Part shown: positions 1 through 12,737 of the stretch, piece after piece
Layout of the letters: every line of letters begins with the position of its first letter
Position numbering within the stretch: position 1 is the first letter of the stretch
Source: Mobula hypostoma
Lineage: Eukaryota
Assembly: GCF_963921235.1 (NCBI RefSeq)
Contig: NC_086097.1
Coordinates: 137,890,001 to 137,954,000, forward strand
Direction of reading: 5' to 3'
Length of the DNA: 64,000 nt
Made by a program: the position numbers and the translations under genes
Notes under the pieces: model-generated
Told to the model about the DNA's origin: nothing
Seen by the model: the letters and a program-made list of their open reading frames with translations, nothing else
Databases searched by the model: none

Positions 1-4
1 AATC

Positions 5-583
5 CAGACATCCCACCTCTCCTGGAAGTTCCGGGAGTCTCCTGCTTATGAATAGTGGCTCCCTGATGCCCACAAATTATATACAATATCACAGAAATCA
101 ATTTTTTTGAGAGCGAGGGAAAGCGGGTGAGAGAGAGAGAGAACGCGAGAGCAAGCAAGTGAGAGTGCGAGAGAGAAAGCAAACGAGAGCGCGTGCGAGC
201 AACCACGAGAGAGAGAGAGTGAGCACGAGCGCGCGCCATGGCAGAGTGTTCCAAAAAAAAAGAAAATATAAAACGTACGTCACCCCAGACTACACTAAAG
301 TGTACCCCTGCTTAATAGGGGTCAGAAATAATGACAGTGTTGCTCACTGCACTGTTTGCAACAGTGACTCTTCTATTGCCTATGGTGGGTTAAGACTGTA
401 AGAGACATGTTGAGGTGAGTTTAACAGGTGTCATTCATTCATTAGCATAGCTAACGTTATTTAAACTAGCTGGCTAGCTGCTAAGGAGCTACTCTATTGC
501 AGACATCCCACCTCTCCTGGCAGTCTCCCGCAAATTGATGGTGCTACCTCCCTGAAATCCGTTTTTGCAGGGTGGGATGTCTG
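5..583 (+). mobile_element. Non-autonomous hAT-like DNA transposon retaining a BED zinc-finger exon remnant
   Basis: 13-bp TIRs CAGACATCCCACC (5-17) and GGTGGGATGTCTG (571-583). The internal frame reads KRKYKTYVTPDYTKVYPCL..AHCTVCNSDSSIAYGGL, then after a frameshift DCKRHVE, followed by a GTGAGT donor. Confidence 0.8.
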
Positions 584-799
584 ATAATCTTATGATCATA
601 ACATATTTAACAAAGAAAAGAGCACCTTTGGTTGAGTGGCTGCTGTGTGTACATGTACTGCCATGTTACTGGAAGGATTTCAGATAAATTACTCTACCCT
701 CTGCTAAATCAGTTAAATCAGCAGCTTCATTTACAAATGCAACTTGCAAACCTGACTTTTGGCAAAAACCATAGCCTGAATTATTCCAATAGATTTAAT

Positions 800-1055
800 G
801 AGATAAAGTGGCTTAGAAAGTTCACATCAACAAGTGTTATCAAAATAACTTTGAGACAGGACCTAGAAGGAAATATTTGGAGCGATGACCCCAAAAGAAG
901 TAAGAGCTGGTGGCTTTAACCAGTAAAGAGAGGTGGTGGTTGTTGGGAAAGTGACTGCAGAGCTCAGAGCCCAAACAGCTATGTGGTGCAGAGATCAAAA
1001 CTGGGACGATCAGGAGGCTGGAACTGGAGGAGCCAAGTATTCTTGTAGGACTGTA
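800..1055 (-). mobile_element. Old L2-like LINE 3' fragment
   Basis: Degenerate resemblance to a recalled chondrichthyan L2 3' region; no ORF support. Confidence 0.35.
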
Positions 1056-1249
1056 GAACGTCAGAACAAGAGGGAATTAGGCAGGATCTAGCAGATGTTG
1101 ATTGGGTAAGCTTGTTGGAAGGGCATGAAATGAATAGCAAGGGGAAGGCTTTTAAGGGCTTGATATCAACAGTCCAGGAGCAGCCTGTTGCTGTTAGGGT
1201 GAAGGGTAAACCTGGCAAGTTTAGGGAACTGTGGCTGATGAGAGATATC

Positions 1250-1678
1250 AGAAACATAGAAAACTTACAGCACGATACAGGCCCTTCGGCCCACAAAGCT
1301 GTGCTGAACATGTCCCTACCTTAGAACTACCTAGGCTTTACCCATAACCCTCTATTTTTCTAAGCTCCATGTATCCATCCAGGAGTCACTTAAAAGACCC
1401 TATCGTTTCCACCTCCACCACCGCCACCAGCAGCCCATTCCATGCACTCACCACTCTCTGCATAAAAAACTTAACTCTGACACCTCCTCTGTATCTGCTT
1501 CCAAGCACCTTAAAACCCTGCCCTCTCGTGCTAGTCATTTCAGCCCTGGGAAAAGCATCTGACTATCCACACGATCAATGCCTCTCACCATCTTGTTCAC
1601 CTCTGTCAGGTCACCTCTCATCCTCCGTTGCTCCAAGGGGAAAAGACCGAGTTCACTCAACCTATTCTCATACAGCAT
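1250..1678 (-). mobile_element. CR1 3' fragment inserted antisense into the older CR1
   Basis: Begins with the reverse-complement CR1 tail GAAACATAGAAAACTTACAGCAC..CAGGCCCTTCGGCCCAC; the host CR1 resumes afterwards. Confidence 0.8.
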
Positions 1679-2629
1679 GAGACTCTTCTAAAGAAAGTGA
1701 AGGAAGCATTTATTGGATTTAGATTGTCAAGGATGAGTGAATCCCTTGATGACTATAAGAGGCAAATCAGAAGAGCAAAGAGAATATGTGAGATGGTTCT
1801 GGTAGGTAATGTTAGGGAAACTCCCAAGAGCCTCTATAGCTATGTCAAGAGTAAAAGGTGGCCAGGGAGAGAGTAGATCCTCCTAGGGATCAGCAGGTTT
1901 GTGTAGGTTTTGAACCGCTGTAGATGGGTGGAATTTTTAATGAAATTTTACCACAGTGTTAACAGAGGAGAAAAACATTGTTGCTCATAAGTGGAATTTT
2001 TTAGGAGAACATTCCATTACCATGGAGGAGATTTACAGAACATTTGAATGCAACCTCAGACTTTGTGGGAGGTTAGAGAAAAAATTGTGGAAGTCCTTGA
2101 AGAGTTGTTAGCTTCATGTCAGCTGCTAATGAAATTCATGAGGAGAGGAAGGAGGCTAATGTTGTCCTGGTGTTTAAGAAGGGTAGCAAGGACAAGCCAG
2201 GGAACTACAGGGTAGTTAGCCTGACAACAGTAGTGGGAAAGTTACAGGAGGGAATTCCGAGGGGCCGATCTACCAATATTTGGGTAGACAATGCCTGAAT
2301 GGGAGCAGTCAGCATGGCTTTGTACATGGAAAATTATGCTTAACAAAACATTTAGAGTTTTTAAATGAGGGCAGAGCAGTAGATGTTGTCTATTTTGACC
2401 TTAGCAAGGATTTCAACAAGGTCCTGCATGATTGGTTATTTTGGAAGATTAGGTCCATGTTGAATCCAGAGAGAGCTGGTTCGGTGAATTCAAAATTGGC
2501 TCAGAGGTAAGATGTGGGGGGTAGTGGTTGAAGGTTGATTTTTAGGAATGGAGGCTGGTGACAAGAGATGTGCTGCAGGGGTTGGTGTTGAGGCACTATA
2601 TATACAATATAAATATTTGGACATGAAGG

Positions 2630-2735
2630 GAAACAGAGAGAAGGTAGAGGGAAAATGAATCAGCCATGATAAAATAGTGGAGCAGACTCAATGGGTCAAA
2701 TCACCAAATTCTACTCCTCTGTCTTATGGTCTTGT
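2630..2735 (+). mobile_element. Short CR1 3' tail insertion
   Basis: AATCAGCCATGAT..GCAGACTCAATGGG..TCTTATGGTCTT, the same tail as at 28308-28392. Confidence 0.65.
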
Positions 2736-3089
2736 AAAGGCTTTATCGGTAAGTTTGAGGGTGACACGAAATCAGGAGATTTTGTTGATAGTGAAGAAGG
2801 GTATCATAGATATAGGGGGATCTTGCTCAGTTCGGGACGTGGGCTGAGGAGTGGCAAATGGATTTCAATATAGATAAGTGTGAGGTGCTGCGTTTGGAAA
2901 GGTCAAGCCCAATGCTAGGGCACTAGGTAGTGTAATGGGACCAACGAGACTAGCAGCACAAGTGAATAGTTTGTTGAAAGTGGCTGTACACAAGGTAGTG
3001 CAAAAGGCATTTAGCTTCAGTCAGCGCATCGAGTATAGGCATTGGGTCACTTTGTTGCAGTCACTGGTGAGCTCATACTTGAGCTAAGA

Positions 3090-3192
3090 AGTTTGGAAGA
3101 TGCTAGAAGTCTGGAGCAACCCACGTAAAATGCTGGAGGCGCTCTGCAGGTTAGGCGGCTGAGACCCTTCATGAAGCATTTTGTCCGTGTTG
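3090..3192 (-). mobile_element. Degenerate Penelope-type fold-back element
   Basis: GCAACCCACGTAAAATGCT..GAGACCCTTCATG..AGCATTTTGTCCGTGTTG; homologous to 31758-31973. Confidence 0.65.
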
Positions 3193-3659
3193 GAGTACTG
3201 TCTGTAGTTTTGATCACCCTGTTATTGGAAAAAATATGGTTAAACTGGAAAGGGTGCAGAACAGGTTTCTGAGGACCTTGCCAAGGCTAGAGGGCTGGCC
3301 TTGAAGTTTAAAAGAATGAGGGTTATAAAATCAGGAGGGGCTGAGATAAGGTGGATGGAAGCAGTCTTTTCCCCATTGTTGATGAGTCCAAAACTAGGCG
3401 GTGTAGATCAAGGGTGAGCAGGAAAAGATTTAAAGGTGACCTGGGGGGAAAAACTTTTTTACATGGAGGCTGCTGAGTATGTGGAACGAGCTGCCAGAGG
3501 AAGTGGTTGAGGCAGGTATAGTAGTAGCATTTAAGAAACACTTGGATAGGCAAATGCATGGCTGGGGCTCAGAGGGACATTAGGATTAGATGGGTGGACA
3601 TGGGCTTGGCTGAGCCAAAGGTCCCGTATCTCTGCTGTATTATGTTCCATGATGTTAAA

Positions 3660-3772
3660 TAATTCAGCCTTAGAAAGAGATGTGGACAAATGGGGTTAGT
3701 GTAAATGGGCAACAGTGTTAGCATGGGTATGAAAACTGAAGAACCGGTTTCTGTGTTGTATAACTCCATAAC
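3660..3772 (+). mobile_element. CR1/HE1-type 3' tail fragment
   Basis: Ends GAAGAACCGGTTTCTGTGTTGTATAACTCCATA, a CR1-type tail. Confidence 0.5.
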
Positions 3773-3814
3773 CAACTAATCCTATACGTCCTCTGAAGGT
3801 GATGCACAGTTCCC

Positions 3815-4010
3815 ATCATTGCACTTTAATTGTCTACCTGCACTGCGCTTTCTCTGTAATTACAACACAGTATTCTGCATTCTGTTTCCTTGTTTCCCTT
3901 TTGTACTACCTCCACATTCTATGTATGAAATGATCTGTCTGGGTGGTATGCAAATTAAATCTCTTCACTGTAACTTGGTGCATGTGACTCTAATGAACCA
4001 ATGACCAATT
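3815..4010 (+). mobile_element. Rex1/Babar-like LINE 3' UTR
   Basis: TTCACTGTAACTTGGTGCATGTGAC followed by an (ACCAAT)-type tail. Confidence 0.5.
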
Positions 4011-4339
4011 AGCAGTAGGAAGCTGTTCAGTCCCTTAAGTTGCTTACACCATCCGATGACACCTTGACTGATTGGTACTTTCACTCCATTCGTCTGTCCT
4101 GGGTCCATCCCTTAAAGTTGTAACTTATCAAAATGCTGCCAGAGTCAGTGTTGAAATATCCTTTTGAGCTCCAGCAGCACGTTCCTCATTGGGACAAGTG
4201 CTCCACACGTTCCTCATCCTGAGCACACTTGGATCTTCTGGACATCAGCTCTGAGCTACCTGCTGCCAGGGTGTACTTTTGCCACATGGTCAGCTTGTTT
4301 TACTTGAGATTACAGAGGAAGGATGGTGTTAACGAATGG

Positions 4340-4545
4340 CTCTCATGGCCAGCAAAGTGATAATGAGCAGATCACTGCAGATTAAACATTGGGAAGGGCC
4401 TGAGGGAGAGTACCCAGCACTTCCAGCAGATCTGGCAGGTCTTCTGTGCCCGTCCAGAGAGGGCAGTCAGGACCTCAGCTTCAAAACTTGACGCCTTTGA
4501 CAGCTCAGCACAGCACTCAAATGTCAGTCTGGATTCTTGTGCTTA
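4340..4545 (-). mobile_element. DeuSINE-like fragment
   Basis: GTGATAATGAGCAGATC..GAGAGGGCAGTCAGGACCTCAG..TGTCAGTCTGGATT matches the other copies in the window. Confidence 0.5.
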
Positions 4546-5370
4546 GTCTCGGGGGACAAGGTCAGAATTCTCGTTTGCCTCTTTCAATACCGGATATGTT
4601 CTGTAACTGGTGGTGATAGGTTTGCCCCTGGAGGCTGGGCTCTTTGCAGTTGTTCAGACTTCCGTACAATGCCACTTTTTTTCTGGAGTATTCAGTTTCT
4701 TGTTAGCACAGGAGGTGGTCGCCTAGCCAATGAGTCCAAGAAGCTCCCGCTGGTACAATCCATCCCAATCCGTTCCAGGAAGCCCTGCAACTTACTTCAG
4801 GCCATCTGCGTTGAATTTTCTTAGTGTTTGGGCCGGAGCCAGGACTGGACGTGTTCCAGTCACAAGGTTGGGGTCCCAGTGGCTGCACCTTTTGTGGCTG
4901 AGTTGTAAATTGGTGGGAATTGTCATGGATCACAGCAGCAAAGTGGTAGGCTCTTCATTAACACTTTCAGTCAGTCTTTAAGGACAGGGCTAAATCACAG
5001 GAATAATCCAGCCATAAACAGCAAGCAAGGGCTTGGTGTCGTGAAAGATAGATGTATTATCTCCAGCAAAGGGACTGTTCTGCCCAACAGCTCTGTGCTG
5101 GCAGGCTATCTCAGCTTCTTTTACATCTCTCCCCACCACAATATCCTTCTCTTCCACTTGCCCTTCTGCTTTTCGTGCTTCCTCCTAAACCCTTTCCTGG
5201 CAATATAAACTTGAGGGAGATGTTGGGGGAAAGGAAGTTCACGGATACAGAATACAACAACATGACTCCAGGGATGAGAGACTTTGGCTTCATGTTGGAC
5301 TGGAGAAGTTCTGGTTGATGTCCCTGGAAGTGATGGAAATATTTTAAAATCCTGAAGGGAGCAGAATACC

Positions 5371-5690
5371 TTGAGAGATGCTCTCCAGATCAGGCCGCAT
5401 CTGTGGAGAGGGAAACAGAGTGATTTGAAACTTTTCATCAGAAAGGCTGCAAATTCTGATATGATCCATGACAGTGCGTGCGCTCTCTCTGTCTCTCTCT
5501 CTTTCTCGCTCTCTCTCTCTCTCTCTTTCTCTCTCTCCCCCCTCTCCCCCCTCACCTTCACTCTCTCTTCCCTCTCCCCTCACCTCTTCTATCTCCCCTC
5601 CACCTCTCTCCCTACAGATATGGTCCAACCTGATAAGTCTCTTCGGCATTGTTGGTATTTGTTTCAGATTTCCAGCACCTGCAGAATTTT
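5371..5690 (+). mobile_element. Penelope-type fold-back element with an internal CT microsatellite
   Basis: Inverted arms ATCAGGCCGCATCTGTGGAGAGGG and CTCCCTACAGATATGGTCCAACCTGAT; 3' end GATTTCCAGCACCTGCAGAATTTT; imperfect TSD GCAGAA(T)ACC. Confidence 0.65.
5484..5612. repeat. (CT)n polypyrimidine microsatellite
   Basis: Direct inspection. Confidence 0.9.
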
Positions 5691-6379
5691 GCAGAAACCA
5701 TCCCATTGGTGGATGGGCTGAGAATGCGAGCACCAAGGGGCTGCCTAAAGAACCAAATCCAATATGAGGAAGGTTGTTTTACCCAGCAAATGGCTGGGAT
5801 GAGGAACAGACTGCTAGTGGGAGCACTGTGGCAGATCCAATCACGGTGGGCAAAAGGGAGTTAGTTAGAGTCTGTAATGGAAGGATCCTGGGGGATAGGG
5901 TGGGGAGTGGGACTCCTGTATTGAACAGACAAGAGTGGAACGGATGGGTTGAATCTTTACCCATTATGAATCTGTTCTATTATTTGTCTCAGCTGCTCCT
6001 TGGGGGATTGATCCCACATTCTGACAGTGCTTGGGGAGAGATTCTAGACACTGATTTTTCTGGAAGACAGAGCCAAAATGTGGAGTGAAGGGGTGAATGG
6101 CTTCAGTGGGCTACCCCTGCCGGGGGTGACAGGACCAACTAAGAGCTAGCATCATCGCCATTTACCAGAGGCAACCTTTGCCCCACAATGTTTAAACCTA
6201 ACACTGAACTGGCAGATGAAGACTACGTTCTGAACAAGGCAGGTCAACATGGAGTCAACACGTCAACACTTGGTGGAATCACAGTACTTGGAAACTAGTA
6301 AAATGAAAGCAGATTTAATTAAAGAGTGTTGTTCATCTACAGACAATTCCCCCGGATTCCACACAGCTCAAGACCGCAC

Positions 6380-6930
6380 CACTTAGTCCATTGTCTCTGT
6401 GCTGGCTCTTTGAAATACATCTCCAGTTCTCTCTCTCCCTGTCCCCATCGCCTTACACATTGGGGATGGCAAAAGAAGCAGAAGTGATATTAGGATATTT
6501 TGAATCTTTCCTGCTGCCCTCTCACACACTGTGTAGCAGGTCACAATAAGCTGCCAAGTGCAGAAGTTTACACCAGCTCTGCTCAAGGTCTTTGCTGTTT
6601 TCTGTGTCCTGTGGTTACCAGTTCTCTTGCTACTGGAGAAAGGTTTTCCCTAGTTACTCTATCAAAATTCCTTCTAATGTGAGAACTTCTATCAAATGTC
6701 TTATAGTATCATTCCAGTAAACCCTGGAGTGCGGGGCCAGGAAATGTACAATGATCCAAGTTGAGTCCAAAGCCAATGACTCATTATGGTTTAGCAAGAG
6801 GTTTTTGTTTTTTTGCACAGAGTGCCTCTTTCTATGAAGCCCAGTTTCTGGTATGCTCCATGGCTGACTTACCAGATCCTTTGAAAGATGTATCACCTCT
6901 TCAAGAAAGGTCACCAATCCTCAGTACAAA
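6380..6930 (-). mobile_element. Old CR1 3' fragment
   Basis: Reverse-strand degenerate CR1 C-terminal motifs (WIIVHFLAPH). Confidence 0.5.
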
Positions 6931-7719
6931 GGAAAGAACTAAATGCAAAGCGTGTATCTTGTAACAAGATTGCTCCAACAGCAGATCTAAATGTGAAGTT
7001 TTGCAAGTTAGTTGAGATCTAGATCAGCTGAATTGTGTTTCAGGTCTAAATTTCTGTGTGTCCGATTGTCAAATTAAAAAGAAATACTAACAGCAAAAAG
7101 CCCCAAATGGTCAAGTTTAAGTAAACATTAGCTAGACAAAATACAGACTGTGCCATTGTGGGTAGATTGCTACCATGTGATCAGGATGTCTTTGCAAACA
7201 TTTTAACAGAGTTTGGTAGCTTGATGTTGAGCAAGGGTGTGAAACCTTACACTCCATTTTATTGATGGAAGAGAAGAAATATTGTTTGCTTAATGCGCCC
7301 TTTACATTGGCTATAGGCTGCTGAAGAGCCGGTGGAATTGGCTTATACAAACAAATTATATTTATAGGCTGTCTAGAGTGGATTACAACAGAGCCGTGTG
7401 TGTATTACCGTTAGCGATCTGGGATGCTGGAGTAGTTGGCTTGGTAACTTTTGTCAACCACATAAAAAAATGTTGGTTTTTTCATGTGAACAGATGGAGT
7501 TTTTTTTTTCTGTGACTGTTTCTGCCAGCATTAATGTTTCTGCATTCATGAGCATTATCTCAGCCTCTCATAAATTGAACATATTTACGACTGCATTGGG
7601 TCCGTGTCAAACACAAGGGATCTGAAAACATAACAGAGTCCATTTATCAAGACTGTTAATGCCCAGCTATCAAACGGTCACCATAGAAGCTGGTTGAGGC
7701 GGACGACCTACTGGGGGGA

Positions 7720-10700
7720 GCTGCAGCAACTGGGTCTCTGGTACGGAGTCTGGTTCAGAAAGGAAGGGAATGGGGCAGAGAGACCTACAGTAGTGATAGG
7801 GGATTCCATAGTTGGAGGAGTAGACACGAGATTCTGCCATTGTGACAGAGGCACCCGGATAAGTTGCCCTGCAGAGGGCAGGGCTGCCGATTTTTGGATC
7901 CTCGGGATCTCTCTGGGGAAGATATGACCTGTAAAAAGGGATGAGTCACACCTGAACCTGGGCGGAGCAATATCTTTATGGGCAGGTTTGCTAGAGCTGT
8001 TGTGGAGGGTTTAAAATAATTTGTCAGAGAATGGGAACTGGGGCGATAGGTCTGAGGATGGGATGGTTGGTGTACAAGCAGAGGCCGTGTGTAGTGAGAC
8101 TGTCAGGAAGGACAGGCAGATGACAGGCAAAATTGCAGTCAGTGGGATACATTGCAGTGTAACATGGGGACAAAATTGAAAAGGTGATGAATACAGGACT
8201 GAGGGTGTTATATTTGAATGCATGTAATGGACAGAATAAGGTAGATGATCTTGTAGTGTAGTTTGAGACTGGCAGATATGACCTTGTGGGCATCAAGAGA
8301 GTCGTGGCTGAAAGAAGATTATGGTTGAAAGGATTCACATGGTATTGGAAGGTAGGCAGATAGGCAGAGGGAGTGGAATGGTTCTGTTGGCAAAATTGAT
8401 ATCAAATCCTTAGAAAGAGATGACGTAGGATCGGAAGATATAGAATCCTTGTGGGTAGAGTAAAAGTAAATGCAAGGGTAAAAACGCTATCATGAGAGTT
8501 ATGTTCAGACCTCTGAACAGTAGCCAGAATATGGGATACAAATTGCAACAGGAGATAGTAAAGGCATGTCAAAAAAGCAATATTACAATAGTTATGGGGA
8601 TTTCAATATGCAGGCATTTTGAAAAAATTAAGTTTGTACTAGATCCCAAGAAAAAGCATTTGTAGAATGCCTATGAGATAGTTTTTTTAGAGAGGATGTG
8701 GTTGAACCCACTAGTGGATCAGCTACTCTGAATTGGGTGTTGAAATGAACCAGATTTGATTAGGGAGCTTAAGATTAAAGAACCCGTAGGAGACAGTGAT
8801 CGTAATATGATAGAATTCACCCTGCAATTTGAGAGGAAGAAGCTAAAGTCTGATGTATCAGTATTACAGTGGAGGGAAGAGAATTATAGAGGCATGAGAA
8901 AGGAGCTGGTCAAAGTTGATTGGAAGGGGACACTAGCAGGGATGATGGCAGAGCAGCAATGGCTGGAGTTTCTTAGAGAATCCAGAAGACACAGGATAGA
9001 TACATTCCAAAAAAGAAGTATTCTAAAGGCAAGATGACAGTACCATGGCTGAGAAAGGAAGCCAAATCCAACATAAAAGTGAAAGAGAGGGCATATAATA
9101 GACCAAAAGTTAGTGGCAGTTAGAAAATAAGGAAACTTTTAGAGACTAACAGACAGGCAAAGGAAAAACCATAAGGAAGGAAAAGATTAAATATGAAGGT
9201 AGGCTAGAAAATAATATGAAAGGGTATACCAAAAGATATGTAAAGAGTAAAAGAGGCAAGAACAGATACCGGATGACTGGAGAGGTAGTAATGGGGGACA
9301 AGGAAATAGTGGACGAACAGAATACATATCCTGCACCCATCTTCATTATGGAAGACACTAACATTATGCCGGAGGTTCAAGAGTGTCAGGGGGCAGAAGT
9401 GAGTGCAGTTGCTATAACTTGCTGGAAGGTGGTTGAGAAGCTGAAAGGTATGATGTTAGATAAGTCACCTGGACTAGATAGCCTGCACCCTAGGGTTCTG
9501 AAAGGGGTAGCTGTAGAGATTGTGGCGGCCTTAGTAGTGATCTTTCAAGAATCATTAGATTCTGGCCTGGTTCTGGAGGATTAGAAAACTGCAGGTGCCA
9601 CTCCTCTCTTTAAGAAGTGATAGAGGTAGAAGAAAAGAAAATATAGGACAGTTAGCCTGACCTCTGTGGTTGTCAAGATGTTGGAATCAATTAAGGATGA
9701 GTCTCTTGCTACTTGGAGGCATATGATAAAATAGGCCAAAGTCAGCATGGTTTCCTTAAGGGAAACCTTGCAACCAATCTGTTGGAATTATTTAAGGATA
9801 GACAAACAGGATAGACAAAGGAGAATTGGTGGATGTTGTGTACTTGGATTTTCAGAAGGCTTTTGACAAGGTGTCACACATGAGGGCTGCTTAATAAGAT
9901 AAGAGCACATGATATTACAGGAAATATACTAGAATGGATGGAAGATTGCATGATTGGCAGGAGGCAAAGAGTGGGAATAAAGTGATTAGTGGTGTTCTAC
10001 GGGAGTCAGTTTTGGGACTGCTTTTTATGTTATATGTCAATGATTTGGATGACAGAATTGATGGCTTTGTGGCCGAGTTTGCAGGTGATACAAAGAAAGG
10101 TGGAGAGGCAGGTAGTGTTGAGGAGGCAGGGAGGCTGCAGAAGGACGTAGACAGATTAGGAGAATGGGCAAAGAAGTGGCAGATGAAATACAGTTTCAGG
10201 AAATGTATGGTCATGCACTTTGGTAGAAGAAGTAAAAGAGTGGACTCTTTTCCTAAACAGCGAGAAAATTCAAAAATCCAAGGTGCAAAGCAGCTCAAGA
10301 GTCTTCATGCAGGATTCCCTAAAGGTTAGCTTGCAGGTGGAGTTAGTGGTGGGAAGACAAATGCAATGTTAGCACTCATTTTGATAGGACTAGAATATAA
10401 TATTGAGGCTTTTTAAGATACTGGTGAGCATTGTGAGCAGTTTTGGGCTCTTTATTTAAGAAAGGATGTGTTGGCATTGGAGAGGGTTCAGAGGAGGTTC
10501 ACAAGAATGATTCCAAGAATTAAAGTGTTATTGTATGAGAAGCATTTGATGGCTTAATCCCTGTACTCACAAGAATTTAGAAGAATGAGGGGGGAGCTCA
10601 TTGAAACCCATCTAATGTTGAAAGGCCTAGATAGGGTGGATGTGGAGAGGATGTTTTCTATAATGGGTGAGTCTAGGACCAACAGGCATTGCCTCAGAGT

Positions 10701-10936
10701 AGAGGAACAACCATTTAGAATGGAGATGCGGAGGATTTTCTTTAGGTAGAGGGTGGTGAATCTGTAGAATTCAATGCCACAGGCAGCTGTGGAGGCCAGG
10801 TCACTGGGTATGTTTAAGAAGGAAGCTGATAGGTTCTTGATTCATCAGGGCATGAAAGGTTATGGAGAGAAGGCAGGAATATGGATCAGCAGCGATGAAA
10901 TCATGGAGCAGTTTCGCTGGGCTGATGGTCTTATGG
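7720..10936 (+). mobile_element. Decayed near full-length CR1 LINE (ORF1 SGNH-esterase remnant plus APE-RT ORF2)
   Basis: VVIGDSIVGGVDTRFC, DKSPGLDSLHPRVLK, ESVLGLLFMLYVNDLDD and FAGDTK fragments; CR1 tail at about 10900. Confidence 0.92.
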
Positions 10937-11234
10937 CTGGCATCTCTCTCTCTCTCTCTCTGTTGATGTGTGGAGTTGCCATTAATCTCATGTTATGAAC
11001 TACCCATTATGTGATAATGTGCTGAAATTTTCAGAGCAAAATAAGGCAGCAGAAATCTTTACTGAATTAACTATATGATTTTTCACTCTGCTGAAATCTG
11101 CCCATTTAATAAGAACTTACATTTTTGTGGCACTTTTACCAATGTCCCTAAGTTCTTTAGACCCGGTTTGTAATGTAGGGATGATGTGGCACAAGCAACA
11201 TTATAAGTAGATGCGTGGGGGTCTGATGTTCTTC

Positions 11235-11676
11235 TACACCCACAAGGAGCTCTACCACAAGAAAGCAGCTTTCATCATCAAGGACCCCCAACACCCAGGC
11301 CATGCTCTCTTCTCACTGCTGCAAGTGGGAAAGAGGTGCAGGAGCCTCAGGACCCACAGCACCATGGTTAGGAACAGATATTATCCTCAACCATCAGGCT
11401 TCTGAAATGACATGAGTAACTTCACCCACCTCAACTCTAAACTGATTCCACAATCTATGGACTCACTTTCAAGGACTCTTTAGTATTATTTATTTATTTA
11501 TTTATTATTTGCATGCTTTTCTTCTTTTGCAGAGTGGGTGTTTGTCAGTCTTTCATTGTTTCTATTGTACTTCTCTGTTCTACTGTGAATGCCCGCAAGA
11601 AAAGTGATTCTCAGGGTAGTATATGGAGACATATACAGTAAGTACTTTGGTAATAAATATACTTTGAACTTTGAAT
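11235..11676 (+). mobile_element. Rex1/Babar-like LINE 3' fragment
   Basis: KKAAFIIKDPQHPGHALFSLL..RSLRTHST; AATAAA and a (TTTGAAC)n tail. Confidence 0.85.
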
Positions 11677-11804
11677 TTTTGATGTAGCTACAGATTGGGA
11701 AATACTTACTGCTTCTTCTCAGTATCAATCCCATCGATAAACTGGTTTATTGACAGTTTTAATGTTCTGTATGAAGAATGGTGTTTCTCTCAGTATAGCA
11801 CGCA

Positions 11805-12737
11805 GAATCAGAGTTACATTTACTATCACTGGCATAATGTATGTTGTGAAATTTGTTGTTTTGCAGCAGCAATACATTGCAATACATAATAATAAAAAAC
11901 TATCATTATAATATACATATAAATTAAGTAAGAAATGCAAAAAGAGAGGAAAAATAGTGAGGTAGTGTTCATGGGTTCATTGTTCACTCAGAAATCTGAT
12001 GGTGCAGGAGAAGAAGCTGTTCCTGAAGTGTTGAGCGTGGGTCTTCAGGCTCCCGTGCCTCCTCCCTGTGGTAGCGATGAGACGAGGGCCTGTCCTGGGT
12101 GATGGGGGCCCTGAATGGTGGATGTTGCCTTTTTGAGGCATCGCCTTTTGAAGGTGTCCTGGATGCTGGTGCTCATGATGCAGTTGACTGAGCTTGCGAC
12201 TTTCTGCAGCTTCTTCCGATCCTGTGCATCTCCATACCAGACAGTGATGCGGCCAGCTAGAAAGCTCCCACGGTGCATCTGTAGAAATCTGTGAGTGACT
12301 TACCAAACTCCTAATGAAATAAAGCGCTGTCATACCTTCTTGTAAATGCATCGATATGTTGGGCCCTGGCTAGATACTCAAAGATGTTGACAGCCAGGAA
12401 CTTGAAACTATTCACTCAATCAACTGTTGATCTCTTCATGTGTGTTCCCTTGATCTCCCCTTCCTGAAGTCTACAATCAACTCCTCGGTCTTCCTGACAT
12501 TGAGTGCAAGATAACTGTTGCACCACCACTCAACCAGCTTATCTGTCTCACTCCTGTATGCCTCCTCTTGATCCTCTGAAATTCTGCCAACAACAGTGTT
12601 GTCAGAAAATGATGGTGTTTGAGCTGTGCCTAGCCACACAGTCTTGAGTGTGGAGAGAGGAGAGCAGTCGGCTAAGCACGCATCCTTGAGGTGCGCCAGT
12701 ATTGATCGTCAGGGAGGAGGAGATGTTATTTCCGATC
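11805..12737 (-). mobile_element. Rex1/Babar-like LINE RT 3' part
   Basis: DNTVVGRISEDQEEAYR..KTEELIVDFRK and ITVWYGDAQDRKKLQKV; GATTCT-type tail. Confidence 0.88.

Larger units (their letters stand above)
1068..3654 (+). mobile_element. Decayed CR1 LINE ORF2 and 3' end, interrupted by three insertions
   Basis: Fragments EANVVLVFKKGSKDKPGNYRVVSLT, SQHGFVHGKLCLT and AVDVVYFDLSKDFNKVLH; many stops and frameshifts. Confidence 0.9.
5255..5985 (+). mobile_element. Old CR1 3' fragment split by a Penelope-type insertion
   Basis: Degenerate CR1 C-terminal and 3' UTR motifs on both sides of 5371-5690. Confidence 0.55.

Noticed and set aside
4990..5200. Open frames on both strands next to AG acceptors (EEARKAEGQVEEKD..)
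   Set aside because: No recognisable domain or partner exons; RNA-seq would be needed.
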